Origin: a virus
Lineage: Duplodnaviria; Caudoviricetes
Reading direction: 5' to 3' (one strand)
Length of the DNA stretch: 53,665 bases
IMG/VR virus record: IMGVR_UViG_3300043434_000453
Span: 1 to 53,665 of that record
Positions 45,533 to 53,665 of the stretch are shown one piece after another. Position 1 is the first letter of the stretch, and the number at the start of each line of letters is the position of its first letter. The translations under genes were made by a program, and so were the position numbers. Under the pieces are notes generated by a model that was not told the DNA's origin, made no database searches, and saw only the letters and a list, made by a program, of their open reading frames with translations.

Positions 45533-45828
45533 TTCATCTCCTTTCCAATCTCCGCAGTAGCGCGAACAATCGCTCGGCGAGTGGCGGCGTAGGGGTCAAA
45601 TGAATCCATAGTCTCTTTAACGCCATACATCCCGTTGCCTGCAAAAACATCGTTGCGCCTGATGTTTAACGCTAAGCCCAATTTCACCGCCAGCCGCAGT
45701 GCATCGCCATCGTCGGTGAGGGGGTTCCATAGCAAACACTCAATATCCAACGGTCCATCATCTACCCACCCTACAATATCAATCCCCGCCGCCTTCGCAG
45801 CCAGTTCAAGCAGTTCTCTATCGGTCAT
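45529..45828 (-). CDS. Hypothetical phage protein
   Basis: MTDRELLELAAKAAG..WNPL.DDGDALRLAV.L..ATRRAIVRA.AEIG motif. Confidence 0.75.
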   Translation of the reverse strand: MTDRELLELAAKAAGIDIVGWVDDGPLDIECLLWNPLTDDGDALRLAVKLGLALNIRRNDVFAGNGMYGVKETMDSFDPYAATRRAIVRATAEIGKEMK

Positions 45829-46250
45829 ACATCCTCCGGTTTCGGTGCTGCGGCGAGCATGGCTTCCCATGCTGCTCTGAGATTACTGAAGCCTTCCAAA
45901 TGCCGGTTGCCTTCATGCAGCATGTGATACGTCGGCTCAACCGGCACAAGCTGCCAGCCTTCCGGGACTAACGTTGGGTGGAGGTAGAGCGGAACCATTT
46001 TCCCGAGCGGTAAAGCGTCCACCCATTCCTGCGGCAACTGGTTCCCGTCAACCGGACAAAGCTGCCCACGGAACACCGCATCGATTATGTTGTTGCTGGA
46101 GTTTCTGATAAGCCCGCCCACCGGCTCTTGCTCCGGCTGGGCCATGGCTTCCTTGAGATCGGCGATCAACTCTTGCTTTCTGTTGTAGTGTGTAACGCCG
46201 CTATCAAGGTATTCCAGCGCCATCTCAGCGGCTTTTCTGAAATCGCTCAT
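45825..46250 (-). CDS. Hypothetical phage protein with C-terminal VPEGWQLVPVEPT..M...AMLAAAP module
   Basis: 141 aa; modular motif common in lambdoid accessory genes. Confidence 0.7.
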   Translation of the reverse strand: MSDFRKAAEMALEYLDSGVTHYNRKQELIADLKEAMAQPEQEPVGGLIRNSSNNIIDAVFRGQLCPVDGNQLPQEWVDALPLGKMVPLYLHPTLVPEGWQLVPVEPTYHMLHEGNRHLEGFSNLRAAWEAMLAAAPKPEDV

Positions 46251-46657
46251 TACATATCCTCGCAGTCGATTGGGCTGTTTGATGGAAAATCGATGTCATC
46301 GAGCAGACTGCCAGTCCCACCCATAGGCGGGTAGCTCGGGAATGCGCGGCGCTGCTGTGCGCGGCTCATGATCGACCAGATTCCCATCAGGTCACCGTGC
46401 CGCCAATCGTCCTCGACCGAGTTTTTGAAGTTGTCGTAGGCAATTTCGTTCAGCCGGCGAGACAGGACGGCAGATACCACGTTCCTGGGCAGCACTGCCC
46501 GGAAGCGGTAATCCGCGATCGGCGTCTCCATCACGATCACGTCCTTGCCGAACACCCGCTCGATGTCGCCGGCGAACCGGGCGCGCACCAGCAGCTTCTT
46601 CTTGTCGTGCCGGTGAGCGACCACGGACAAGAATGCATCACTCATATACAGCCACAT
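46250..46657 (-). CDS. Conserved-looking hypothetical protein
   Basis: MW.....FLSVV....LLVRAR...DI......DYRFRA.....I.YDNFK.SV. Confidence 0.75.
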   Translation of the reverse strand: MWLYMSDAFLSVVAHRHDKKKLLVRARFAGDIERVFGKDVIVMETPIADYRFRAVLPRNVVSAVLSRRLNEIAYDNFKNSVEDDWRHGDLMGIWSIMSRAQQRRAFPSYPPMGGTGSLLDDIDFPSNSPIDCEDM

Positions 46658-46658
46658 C

Positions 46659-46901
46659 TCACACCTTCTTTCTGCCGGCGACCGGCTTATCCAGGGTTCC
46701 GAACTTGATGCCCAGGCCTTCCTCGATCCGGCGGGCGACCTTCTCGCTAAACGGCAGGCGGAAAAGCTGGCTCACCCAGGACTGGGAGAAACCGATCTTG
46801 GCCGCCATGGCCGAAATGCCACCGATGGTCGCGGCTTGCTCGCGCAGGTTCGCGCGGCGCGTCTCGTAGATGCTGATCAGGTATTGCTCGTGGTCCATCA
46901 C
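46659..46901 (-). CDS. Small HTH regulator
   Basis: RRANLR....GG..AMA.KIG.SQSWVSQL....EK.ARRIEE.LG...G.LD. Confidence 0.75.
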   Translation of the reverse strand: MMDHEQYLISIYETRRANLREQAATIGGISAMAAKIGFSQSWVSQLFRLPFSEKVARRIEEGLGIKFGTLDKPVAGRKKV

Positions 46902-46914
46902 CTCCTCGCTTCTA

Positions 46915-47298
46915 TCATGGCTTTTCTTTCATTTGTTGTGCTCGGATCAGGCGCGATTCTGCCGCCCATTCGCGCACGTCTTCCTTGATGTTGGTGCCAG
47001 CGACCCAGCACACGCCTAAGTCCCGGATCGCCATGAATAGCCCGCCGCACTCCTCGCACAATACCCACGAGGCCAGCGGCACCTCATCACCCTCGCCGTA
47101 TATACGCTCCTCGATATCGTTGCGCGGGTAGCGGTAGCGTTCCAGTTCCACAATATCCTCGCCGGGTCGCACCAGGCGCTTGCACGAGCAGCACCTGTGA
47201 GCGCGCTTCGTGGCCAGTGGCTTGAAATCCAACGGCTCGGCGTAGGTGTAGACCCACCCGTCGCCGTCCCAGTCGCCGCAGCTGCATGAGATGCTCAT
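46915..47298 (-). CDS. Hypothetical Zn-finger-like protein
   Basis: CSC, CCSC, LCEEC. Confidence 0.65.
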   Translation of the reverse strand: MSISCSCGDWDGDGWVYTYAEPLDFKPLATKRAHRCCSCKRLVRPGEDIVELERYRYPRNDIEERIYGEGDEVPLASWVLCEECGGLFMAIRDLGVCWVAGTNIKEDVREWAAESRLIRAQQMKEKP

Positions 47299-47477
47299 CG
47301 CGCCACCAGCAGGCCGATTGCGAAGCACAGCATCACGACCACGAACACCAGTCCGTCCTTGCTGCTGCGGAAACTCACGTCATGGCCGAATGCCTGCCGG
47401 CCGGTACGCGGTGCGGGGATCCCGAACTTGAAGTTGCTGTGGACCCCGCCGATATGCCAAGTGTGTTTCGAGCTCAT
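47295..47477 (-). CDS. Small protein with C-terminal transmembrane helix
   Basis: APRTGRQAFG...LVFVVVMLCFAIGLLV; ATGA overlaps. Confidence 0.6.
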   Translation of the reverse strand: MSSKHTWHIGGVHSNFKFGIPAPRTGRQAFGHDVSFRSSKDGLVFVVVMLCFAIGLLVAR

Positions 47478-47686
47478 TCGTACCTCCGCAGCATTCCGCG
47501 CACATCCACCTGCGGCATCGGATCTTCCGGCGGGAGGATGAGGATCGTAGGCGGGCCGTCCAGGTCTTCTTCGCTGTTGCGACGGGCGGCGACCAGCATC
47601 GCGCCGATGGCCAGGCCCAGGACGATGCCTACCAAGAGGGTGAACCAGGTCTGGAGGCTCCACAGTGCGTTGATGATTTCGGTCAT
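47474..47686 (-). CDS. Small membrane protein
   Basis: RBS AAGGAG; N-terminal transmembrane helix; acidic, Pro-rich tail. Confidence 0.65.
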   Translation of the reverse strand: MTEIINALWSLQTWFTLLVGIVLGLAIGAMLVAARRNSEEDLDGPPTILILPPEDPMPQVDVRGMLRRYE

Positions 47687-47698
47687 GTTCTGCTCCTT

Positions 47699-47940
<242 letters not shown>

Positions 47941-47953
<13 letters not shown>

Positions 47954-48228
47954 ACCTTCACGCCCGCGATAGACTCTCGCGCCTTGTCGGTGATGGGGAT
48001 GATCTCAATAGCATCGGTGAGCAGAATTTCATTCACCGGACACGGGAACTTGCAGTTTTCCGGCTTGCTCGTCCCCTCCATAGCCAGTTGCGAGAGCGTG
48101 GCCGCGCCGTCCCAATACCAAACACGGCGGGCATTGGTGAGTACGACTTCCTTGCCGTCACGCGATTTCAATGTTCCTACGTGAACGCCCGCGCTGTAGG
48201 TGCGGACCAGTACGTCTTTTCCAATCAT
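47941..48228 (-). CDS. DUF6948-like small beta-barrel protein
   Basis: ATG 48228 after AAGGAG; IGK.V.VRTYSAGVHVG.L......V.L.NARR.WYW.GAA.LSQLA..G. Confidence 0.75.
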
Positions 48229-48242
48229 TTGCTTCTCCTTTG

Positions 48243-48465
48243 GTTGAGTAGTGCGGGCTTTCCACCCGCTCGGGCTTTGCGGCGGCCTTGTCTTCTCCGG
48301 CTTGTTGACTGCACGCATGCGCAACGAATAACCGGCCTACGGCCCCCATCGGACTACCCTCGCGGGCTGGGGACTGCCGTTCTCTCCGTGCGGCCCACCT
48401 TGGAGATCAGGCGGAGGAGCCGAAAGCGAAAGACTCCGGGCCTTACTGCGCAGATCAGGGTATTT
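48243..48465 (-). ncRNA. Structured 5' leader of the inverted cassette
   Basis: About 220 nt without a convincing ORF; at least four consecutive hairpins, one with a GCGA tetraloop. Confidence 0.45.
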
Positions 48466-48471
48466 CGTTGT

Positions 48472-48575
48472 TGACGGTTCCATTATTAGAAAATGCTGAC
48501 GGGATAGCTATTAGAATTTTTTTATACCCGGTAAAGTGTTTACTTATACCCCGCCACAGGTAAGAAATTACGGGT
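48472..48575. promoter_or_regulatory. AT-rich divergent promoter region with direct repeats
   Basis: TGACGG-N6-TATTAGAA at 48472-48491 and 48497-48516; TTATACCC at 48522 and 48544. Confidence 0.6.
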
Positions 48576-48632
48576 TGTTTCCACTTGTGGGCGTGCCTAC
48601 TCTCGCCGCAACTTTCCACGAGGGTTGGTCGC

Positions 48633-49688
48633 ATGCAGGCGTTCGAGATTTTCCGGGCTGGTCGGCAGACGAGTTCAGCCGGTACGACTATCGAGTTCGG
48701 CGAGGACCAGCTACGTGCTGCCGTCGAGGCATACGACCCTGCCATCCATGAGGCTCCCATCGTCGTCGGGCACCCGAAGGACAACGGGCCGGCCTACGGC
48801 TGGATCAAGGCCCTGTCCTATGCAGATGGAAAGGTGACCGCCGAGCCCATCCAGGTTGACGAGGCATTCTCCGAGATGGTTCAAGCAGGGCGCTTCAAGA
48901 AGCGTTCGGCCAGTTTCTACACTCCTGACAGCCCGCATAACCCGAAGCCAGGCGTGTTCTACCTGCGCCATGTCGGCTTCCTGGGCGCGCAGCCGCCGGC
49001 GGTGAAGGGCTTGAAGGACGTTTCCTTCGCCGATGCCGAGGAAGGCATCGTGGAGTTCTCGGATTCCTACCTGCTGGCCGGCCTGTTCCGGCGCATGCGG
49101 GAGTTTTTCATCAGCAAGTTTTCGATTGATGACGCCAATGCGGTGCTTCCGGACTGGATCATCAGCGATATGGAGGCGGAGGCTCGACGTGAAGCCGAGG
49201 CCAGTCAACCGGCGGCAGCGATGCCAGCCTTCAATGAAGGAGACAGCAACATGGATTTCAAAGAGCAGTACGAGGCAGAAAAGGCCAAGGCTGAAGCCGA
49301 GAAGGCGCGCGCCGATGGGCTGCAAGCAAAGCTCGATCAGCAGACCGCCGATTTCGCTGAACGCGAGAAGCAGATCACCCGCAAGGAAATCGAAGCCCAG
49401 GTCGATGCCCTGGTAGCCGCCGGCAAGGTGCTGCCCGCGAAGAAGGCCGGCATGGTCGATTTCGCCATGCAACTCGACGCTGGCACCGCTTCAGTCGATT
49501 TCACCGAGGGCGACAAGACCGAGAAGGTCACGATGCGCGAAGCCTATCTGCATCAGATCGCCGCTGGCCCCGTGCTGGTGCACTACGGCGAGCACTCCGC
49601 CGACGATGGCGAGCGAGGCGGGGACAAGAAGTCCGTCGCGCAGCTCAACGCCGAACTGACTGCTCAAGTCTCCGGCGCGAAGAAGTAA
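48633..49688 (+). CDS. Mu-like prohead protease/scaffold protein
   Basis: EIFRAG, AP.VVGHP...PAYGW, RSASFY, LRHVGFLGAQPPAVKGL. Confidence 0.9.
   Translation: MQAFEIFRAGRQTSSAGTTIEFGEDQLRAAVEAYDPAIHEAPIVVGHPKDNGPAYGWIKALSYADGKVTAEPIQVDEAFSEMVQAGRFKKRSASFYTPDSPHNPKPGVFYLRHVGFLGAQPPAVKGLKDVSFADAEEGIVEFSDSYLLAGLFRRMREFFISKFSIDDANAVLPDWIISDMEAEARREAEASQPAAAMPAFNEGDSNMDFKEQYEAEKAKAEAEKARADGLQAKLDQQTADFAEREKQITRKEIEAQVDALVAAGKVLPAKKAGMVDFAMQLDAGTASVDFTEGDKTEKVTMREAYLHQIAAGPVLVHYGEHSADDGERGGDKKSVAQLNAELTAQVSGAKK
49251..49688 (+). CDS. Internal in-frame scaffold protein (Mu Z-like)
   Basis: AAGGAG at 49237-49242, 8 nt before in-frame ATG 49251; coiled-coil product. Confidence 0.65.
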   Translation: MDFKEQYEAEKAKAEAEKARADGLQAKLDQQTADFAEREKQITRKEIEAQVDALVAAGKVLPAKKAGMVDFAMQLDAGTASVDFTEGDKTEKVTMREAYLHQIAAGPVLVHYGEHSADDGERGGDKKSVAQLNAELTAQVSGAKK

Positions 49689-49714
49689 ACCATATCCACC
49701 AAGGAGACTGAACC

Positions 49715-50350
49715 ATGCCTACTTTTACCGAACCCTTCCGCCCCTATGAGGTGCTGCTGTCCGAGGCACCTGGTACCCTGTCCCGCGAATCCGTGACTAT
49801 CGCTTCCGGCGCAGGCGCACTGACCGCCGGCACTGTACTCGGCAAGATCACCAAAGGCGCTGCGACTGCCGCGCACGTTGCCGGTGGTACTGGCAATAGC
49901 ACCTTCTCGGCGGTCACTGTTGGCGCCGACTCCAAGGTCGGCGTGTATCAACTGATCTGGACGGCCGCGACCAAAGTCAACGTCGAGGATCCCGATGGCG
50001 TCCTGCTCGGCGTAGCCACTCTGGGCTCCGCGTTTAGCGGCGGCGGCCTGACCTTCACCATCACCGCAGGCGGCACCCCGCACGTTGCCACCGACCGCGC
50101 GACTATCACTGTTGCGGCTGGCTCTGGCAATTACGCCAGCTATGACAACACTGCCGCGAACGGCACTGAAGTCGCTGCCGCCGTGTTGCTCCAGGCTGTG
50201 GACGCCACATCTGCCTCCGTCGCGGCCGTCGCCATTGTGCGGCTTGGCGAGGTCAAGGACGAGGCACTTCAGTGGCACGCCAACAACAACGCAGGCGCCA
50301 AGACAGCCGGCAAGGCCGACCTGGCTCTGGCCAACATCATCGCCCGCTAA
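49715..50350 (+). CDS. Head decoration protein
   Basis: SEA.G.LSRE.VTI.SG.G.L.AGTVLGKIT...A.AVL; lies between scaffold and capsid genes. Confidence 0.85.
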   Translation: MPTFTEPFRPYEVLLSEAPGTLSRESVTIASGAGALTAGTVLGKITKGAATAAHVAGGTGNSTFSAVTVGADSKVGVYQLIWTAATKVNVEDPDGVLLGVATLGSAFSGGGLTFTITAGGTPHVATDRATITVAAGSGNYASYDNTAANGTEVAAAVLLQAVDATSASVAAVAIVRLGEVKDEALQWHANNNAGAKTAGKADLALANIIAR

Positions 50351-50382
50351 TCGCGGACCTGACCACGAAAGGAACCTGAAAA

Positions 50383-51336
50383 ATGGACATCTACCGCGAT
50401 TACTTCACCCGCGAAAACCTGGTGGCCGCTGTCGCCAAGGCGCCCTATGTACCCGGCCGCCTGGGCGAGATTGGCCTGTTCGAGACCAGAGGCCTGACCA
50501 GCACCACGCTGGCTGCCGAGGAAATGGCGCTGAATGACGTCACCCCGTCTTCCGCTATCCCTCGTGGCGCCCCGGCTCCCGCGATGGGTCTGGACAAGCG
50601 CAAGGTGCACACCTTCGCGGCCGCGACCTATGCCAAGCAGATGGCCGTGTTCGCTGACGAAGTGCTGAACGTCCGCGCGGCTGGCACGAATGGCGCCGCC
50701 GAGGTCATCGAAACCCGCCGCAACGAAGCCGCTGCAAAGCTGCGCCGCTGGGCCGATGCCGTGCACGAGAACCTGCGCATGACCACGCTGTTGTCGCCCG
50801 ACAATGCCTTCGGCAGCAAGCCCGGCGATGGCTCGCTCGCGCTGACGAACAACGCCACCAAGACTCGCGCCGAGATCTTCACCAAGGTCATCAAGCCGCT
50901 GGAGACCGCCCTGGCCGGTATCGGCTTTTCCGGTGTGCATGTGCTGTGTTCGGATTCGTTCTGGACCGACCTGATCGAGAACCAGGCGATCAAGGACACC
51001 TACCTGGGCTATCAGGCCGCCGCCGAACTGCGCAACGATCCCCGCGATATGTTCACCTTCGCCGGCGTGACTTGGGAGCGTTACCGTGGCTCCGCTTCCA
51101 CCGCCATCACCGACACCAAGGCTGTCGCCGTCCCCCTTGGCGTGCCCGGCCTGTTCCTCCAGGGCTTCGCCCCGGACGACACCATCGACTCCGTTGGTGC
51201 CGGCGCGATGGGCGCTCCGTACTACCCCCGCGCCGAGGCGATGAAGGGCGGTAAGGGCTGGGAGATGACCATGCAGACCCACCCGGTCATGCTGTGCACC
51301 CGCCCGGCCGCGATCATCACCCTGGCCAAGTCCTAA
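50383..51336 (+). CDS. Major capsid protein (lambda E-like)
   Basis: 317 aa; F.FAGVTWERY, F.....AP.D, QT.P...CTRP. Confidence 0.9.
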   Translation: MDIYRDYFTRENLVAAVAKAPYVPGRLGEIGLFETRGLTSTTLAAEEMALNDVTPSSAIPRGAPAPAMGLDKRKVHTFAAATYAKQMAVFADEVLNVRAAGTNGAAEVIETRRNEAAAKLRRWADAVHENLRMTTLLSPDNAFGSKPGDGSLALTNNATKTRAEIFTKVIKPLETALAGIGFSGVHVLCSDSFWTDLIENQAIKDTYLGYQAAAELRNDPRDMFTFAGVTWERYRGSASTAITDTKAVAVPLGVPGLFLQGFAPDDTIDSVGAGAMGAPYYPRAEAMKGGKGWEMTMQTHPVMLCTRPAAIITLAKS

Positions 51337-51364
51337 GTTGCTTCACTCCTCCTAGCAGGACCTT

Positions 51365-51390
51365 CCCCTGGCTTCGGCCAGGGGTCTTTT
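51365..51390 (+). terminator. Rho-independent terminator
   Basis: CCCCTGGC-TTCG-GCCAGGGG followed by TCTTTT. Confidence 0.85.
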
Positions 51391-51403
51391 CAAGGGCGAT
51401 TGA

Positions 51404-51823
51404 ATGACCTACGCAACGCAATCCGATATGACGGACAGGTTCGATGAGCAGGAAATCATCGAGCTCACCGATCGCACGGGCGCGGGCGTCGTCAACGCAA
51501 CCGTCCTCGGAAAGGCACTCGCCGATGCGGATGCGCTGATCGACGGCTACCTGGCCGCCCGATACACGCTGCCGCTCACCTACACGCCGGCGATCCTGGT
51601 CGGGCCGGCCGCCGATATCGCGCGCTTCCGACTGTGGGACGACCGTGCCACCGAAGAAGTGCGCCAGCGGTACGAAGATGCCATGGCGATGCTGAAACTG
51701 ATCTCGCAGGGCGTTGTTGTACTGCCCCCTGACGTGAACGGCGTTCTGCCCGTGAACGCGGTTGGCATGGACTACTACAGCCAGGAGCGTGTGTTCACCG
51801 CCGAGACGCTGGAGGACTTCTGA
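51404..51823 (+). CDS. Mu gp36-like (DUF1320) head-tail adaptor
   Basis: YAT..D...RF...E...LTD, ADA.IDGYL..RY.LPL, DIAR..L, RYEDA. Confidence 0.9.
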   Translation: MTYATQSDMTDRFDEQEIIELTDRTGAGVVNATVLGKALADADALIDGYLAARYTLPLTYTPAILVGPAADIARFRLWDDRATEEVRQRYEDAMAMLKLISQGVVVLPPDVNGVLPVNAVGMDYYSQERVFTAETLEDF

Positions 51824-52338
51824 TGGCCGGCGTCATCTCGTTCCGCATCCTCGACGGCGGGCTGAAGGCAAAACTCGACAAGCTGGAGCAGGCCGCGCAG
51901 ACGAAGGCGTTGTACGAGCGGGTTGGCGCAGGTGTGCTGACCCAGGTGCAACTGGGATTCAGGTCCGCGCAGGATCCGTGGGGCTTCAAGTGGACGCCTC
52001 CGAAACTGCGCAAGGGCCAACCGCTTTCCGATACCGGCCGCCTGCGCCGTAGCATCCGTGCCGTGGCCGACAACGACGGGGTCACGGTCGGCACCAATCT
52101 CAAGTACGCGCGCATCCATCAGTTCGGCGGCACGATCACCGCGAAGAACGCGCCGTTCCTTGCCATCCCGCGCCCTGGCGGCGGCATCTTCCGCAAGAAG
52201 TCCGTGTTCATCCAGGCCAGGCCATACCTGCCGCTCAACCCGGCCACTGGCGAAACGACTCTGCCGGCTAAGTGGCGGGCAGCGGTGGTATCGCGCATCA
52301 AGGCTCACTTTCTGGAAGTCATGAAGGAGCCTGCCTAA
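51823..52338 (+). CDS. Virion morphogenesis protein (Mu gpG-like)
   Basis: L.DTGRL..SI, VGTN..YA.IHQFGG, ARPYL. Confidence 0.9.
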   Translation: MAGVISFRILDGGLKAKLDKLEQAAQTKALYERVGAGVLTQVQLGFRSAQDPWGFKWTPPKLRKGQPLSDTGRLRRSIRAVADNDGVTVGTNLKYARIHQFGGTITAKNAPFLAIPRPGGGIFRKKSVFIQARPYLPLNPATGETTLPAKWRAAVVSRIKAHFLEVMKEPA

Positions 52339-52772
52339 TGTTCGCCGGGATCGAAGAAGCCATCGTTGAGCGGCTGGTGGACAAGCTTCCAGCCGGCATC
52401 AAGGTCACCAGCCTGGCCGAACTGTCCCGCGTACCGGAACTGCGGAACAAGGCCCCGGCCGTGTTCGTGGTCTACGAGGGGTACCAGCCGGCCGACTCCA
52501 ACGTGAACGTCCCGCACATCCAACAGATCGAGCAGACCTGGGCTGTCGTGTGCGTGGCGAAGAACGCCACCGGCGGTGGCGACAACCTGGCTGCGAAGGA
52601 GGACGTGAGCGACATCGCGCAGGACGTGCTGACGGCCCTGCTCGGCTTCCAAGTCCCTGGCGGCGCCCGTCTGAAACTCACGGCGGCCCCCGGCCCCGAG
52701 TACGAAGGTGGGTTCGCCTACGTGCCCATCGGCTTTGCTTGTCGGAGCACCTTCAAGGGTGACCCGAGTTAA
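52338..52772 (+). CDS. Tail terminator / Mu gp37-like protein
   Basis: TAATG overlap; PAVFVVY.G, AL.G; precedes the tail tube gene. Confidence 0.75.
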   Translation: MFAGIEEAIVERLVDKLPAGIKVTSLAELSRVPELRNKAPAVFVVYEGYQPADSNVNVPHIQQIEQTWAVVCVAKNATGGGDNLAAKEDVSDIAQDVLTALLGFQVPGGARLKLTAAPGPEYEGGFAYVPIGFACRSTFKGDPS

Positions 52773-52795
52773 TCACCACTGAAAGGAGAAGCATC

Positions 52796-53665
52796 ATGGC
52801 TGACTACAGCTACATCGGTTCCGGCAAGGTATACCTGCGAGAGATTGGCGCTGCCTCTGGTCTCATCGAGGTGGGCAACTGCTCAGCCCTGTCGTTTGCC
52901 GTCACCGAGGAGACGAAGGAGCTCAAGGACTACACCAACGCAGGCGGCGGCACCTACAACGAAGTGCGCCGCATCTCTGCCGTGGAAATGTCCATGACCA
53001 TGCACGACCTGTCTGCGGAGAACCTGGCGCGCGTGCTGTACGGCGCTGCTACTGACGTGGCATCCGGCGCTGTGCCCGATGAGGAGCACACTGGCTACAA
53101 GGGCGCCCTGTTGCCCGTGAACAACATCGCCTCAGCCGTGACAAGCGTTGAGGCCAAGGAAGGCGCTTCTGCCGCTACCCGCGCGAACACCACGCCCTAC
53201 GCCCTGAACGCCTATGTGGTGCCGGCAACGCCGAACGGCTTCTACTACAAGGCCACCGCAAACGGTACTTCTGGCGGCTCCATCCCGACCTATCCGACCA
53301 CTGTCGGCGCCACCGTTGTTGACGGCACCGTGACCTGGACCTGCATGGGCAAGGTGATCCTGGTCGCCGATACTGACTACACCGTTGTCCCTGGCGGTGT
53401 CCTGATTGCCGCTGGTGCCGACATGACTGATGGCGAGGTGATGATGATCACCTACACCAAGGCATCCGCTGATGCTGTCGAGGCTCTGGTCAACTCCGGC
53501 AAGGAATACGAGATGGTTTTCGCCGGTCTGAACGAAGCCCGCTCCGGCAAGGAGACGATGGTCACCGCCCACCGCGTGAAGGTTGGCGCTGCGCAGAACA
53601 TCGGCCTGATCGGTGACGACTACGCCGCCCTGGAAGTCTCCGGCAAGTTGCTCAAGGACACCAAG
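52796..53665 (+). CDS. Major tail tube protein, 5' part (absent from the ORF track because it runs off the end)
   Basis: RBS AAAGGAG; MADYSYIGSGKVYL...VGNCS.L; open to the window end and continues at 1-179. Confidence 0.85.
   Translation, partial: MADYSYIGSGKVYLREIGAASGLIEVGNCSALSFAVTEETKELKDYTNAGGGTYNEVRRISAVEMSMTMHDLSAENLARVLYGAATDVASGAVPDEEHTGYKGALLPVNNIASAVTSVEAKEGASAATRANTTPYALNAYVVPATPNGFYYKATANGTSGGSIPTYPTTVGATVVDGTVTWTCMGKVILVADTDYTVVPGGVLIAAGADMTDGEVMMITYTKASADAVEALVNSGKEYEMVFAGLNEARSGKETMVTAHRVKVGAAQNIGLIGDDYAALEVSGKLLKDTK
53538..53663. repeat. Terminal overlap, copy 2
   Basis: Identical to 1-126. Confidence 0.97.

Noticed and set aside
48390..48460. Hammerhead ribozyme suggested by GAAA and CTGA motifs
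   Set aside because: The CUGANGA core is not present with the required stems on either strand.

Overview
This window looks like a complete, circularly assembled temperate siphophage genome of about 53,537 bp. Bases 1-126 repeat exactly at 53538-53663, and the tail tube gene runs across the junction. It is GC-rich and probably infects a proteobacterium (inference). The architecture is hybrid: Mu/D3112-like virion genes (DUF935-type portal, MuF, Mu-like protease/scaffold, gp36/gpG/gp37-like neck genes, non-contractile tail) and a Mor-type activator are combined with a tyrosine integrase, a cI/cro-like switch, YqaJ-type recombination, O/P-like replication, RusA and a non-Mu terminase. No transposase is visible. 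The most unusual elements are: (1) a 1308-aa MuF head protein with a kinase-like domain and a possible C-terminal ADP-ribosyltransferase-like toxin, followed by a coupled candidate immunity gene; (2) an inverted accessory cassette inside the head module, carrying a structured RNA leader, a DUF6948-like protein, a Gly/Tyr hexamer-repeat protein, an HTH gene and a degenerate initiator-like tRNA(CAU) whose CCA end can pair into a long trailer hairpin; (3) a stand-alone acyl carrier protein near MazG-like genes; (4) four DNA methyltransferases; (5) a C4-like RNA switch ahead of the replication genes; (6) a -1 frameshift site in the tail chaperone. All family calls come from motif recognition by eye. 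No database searches were run.
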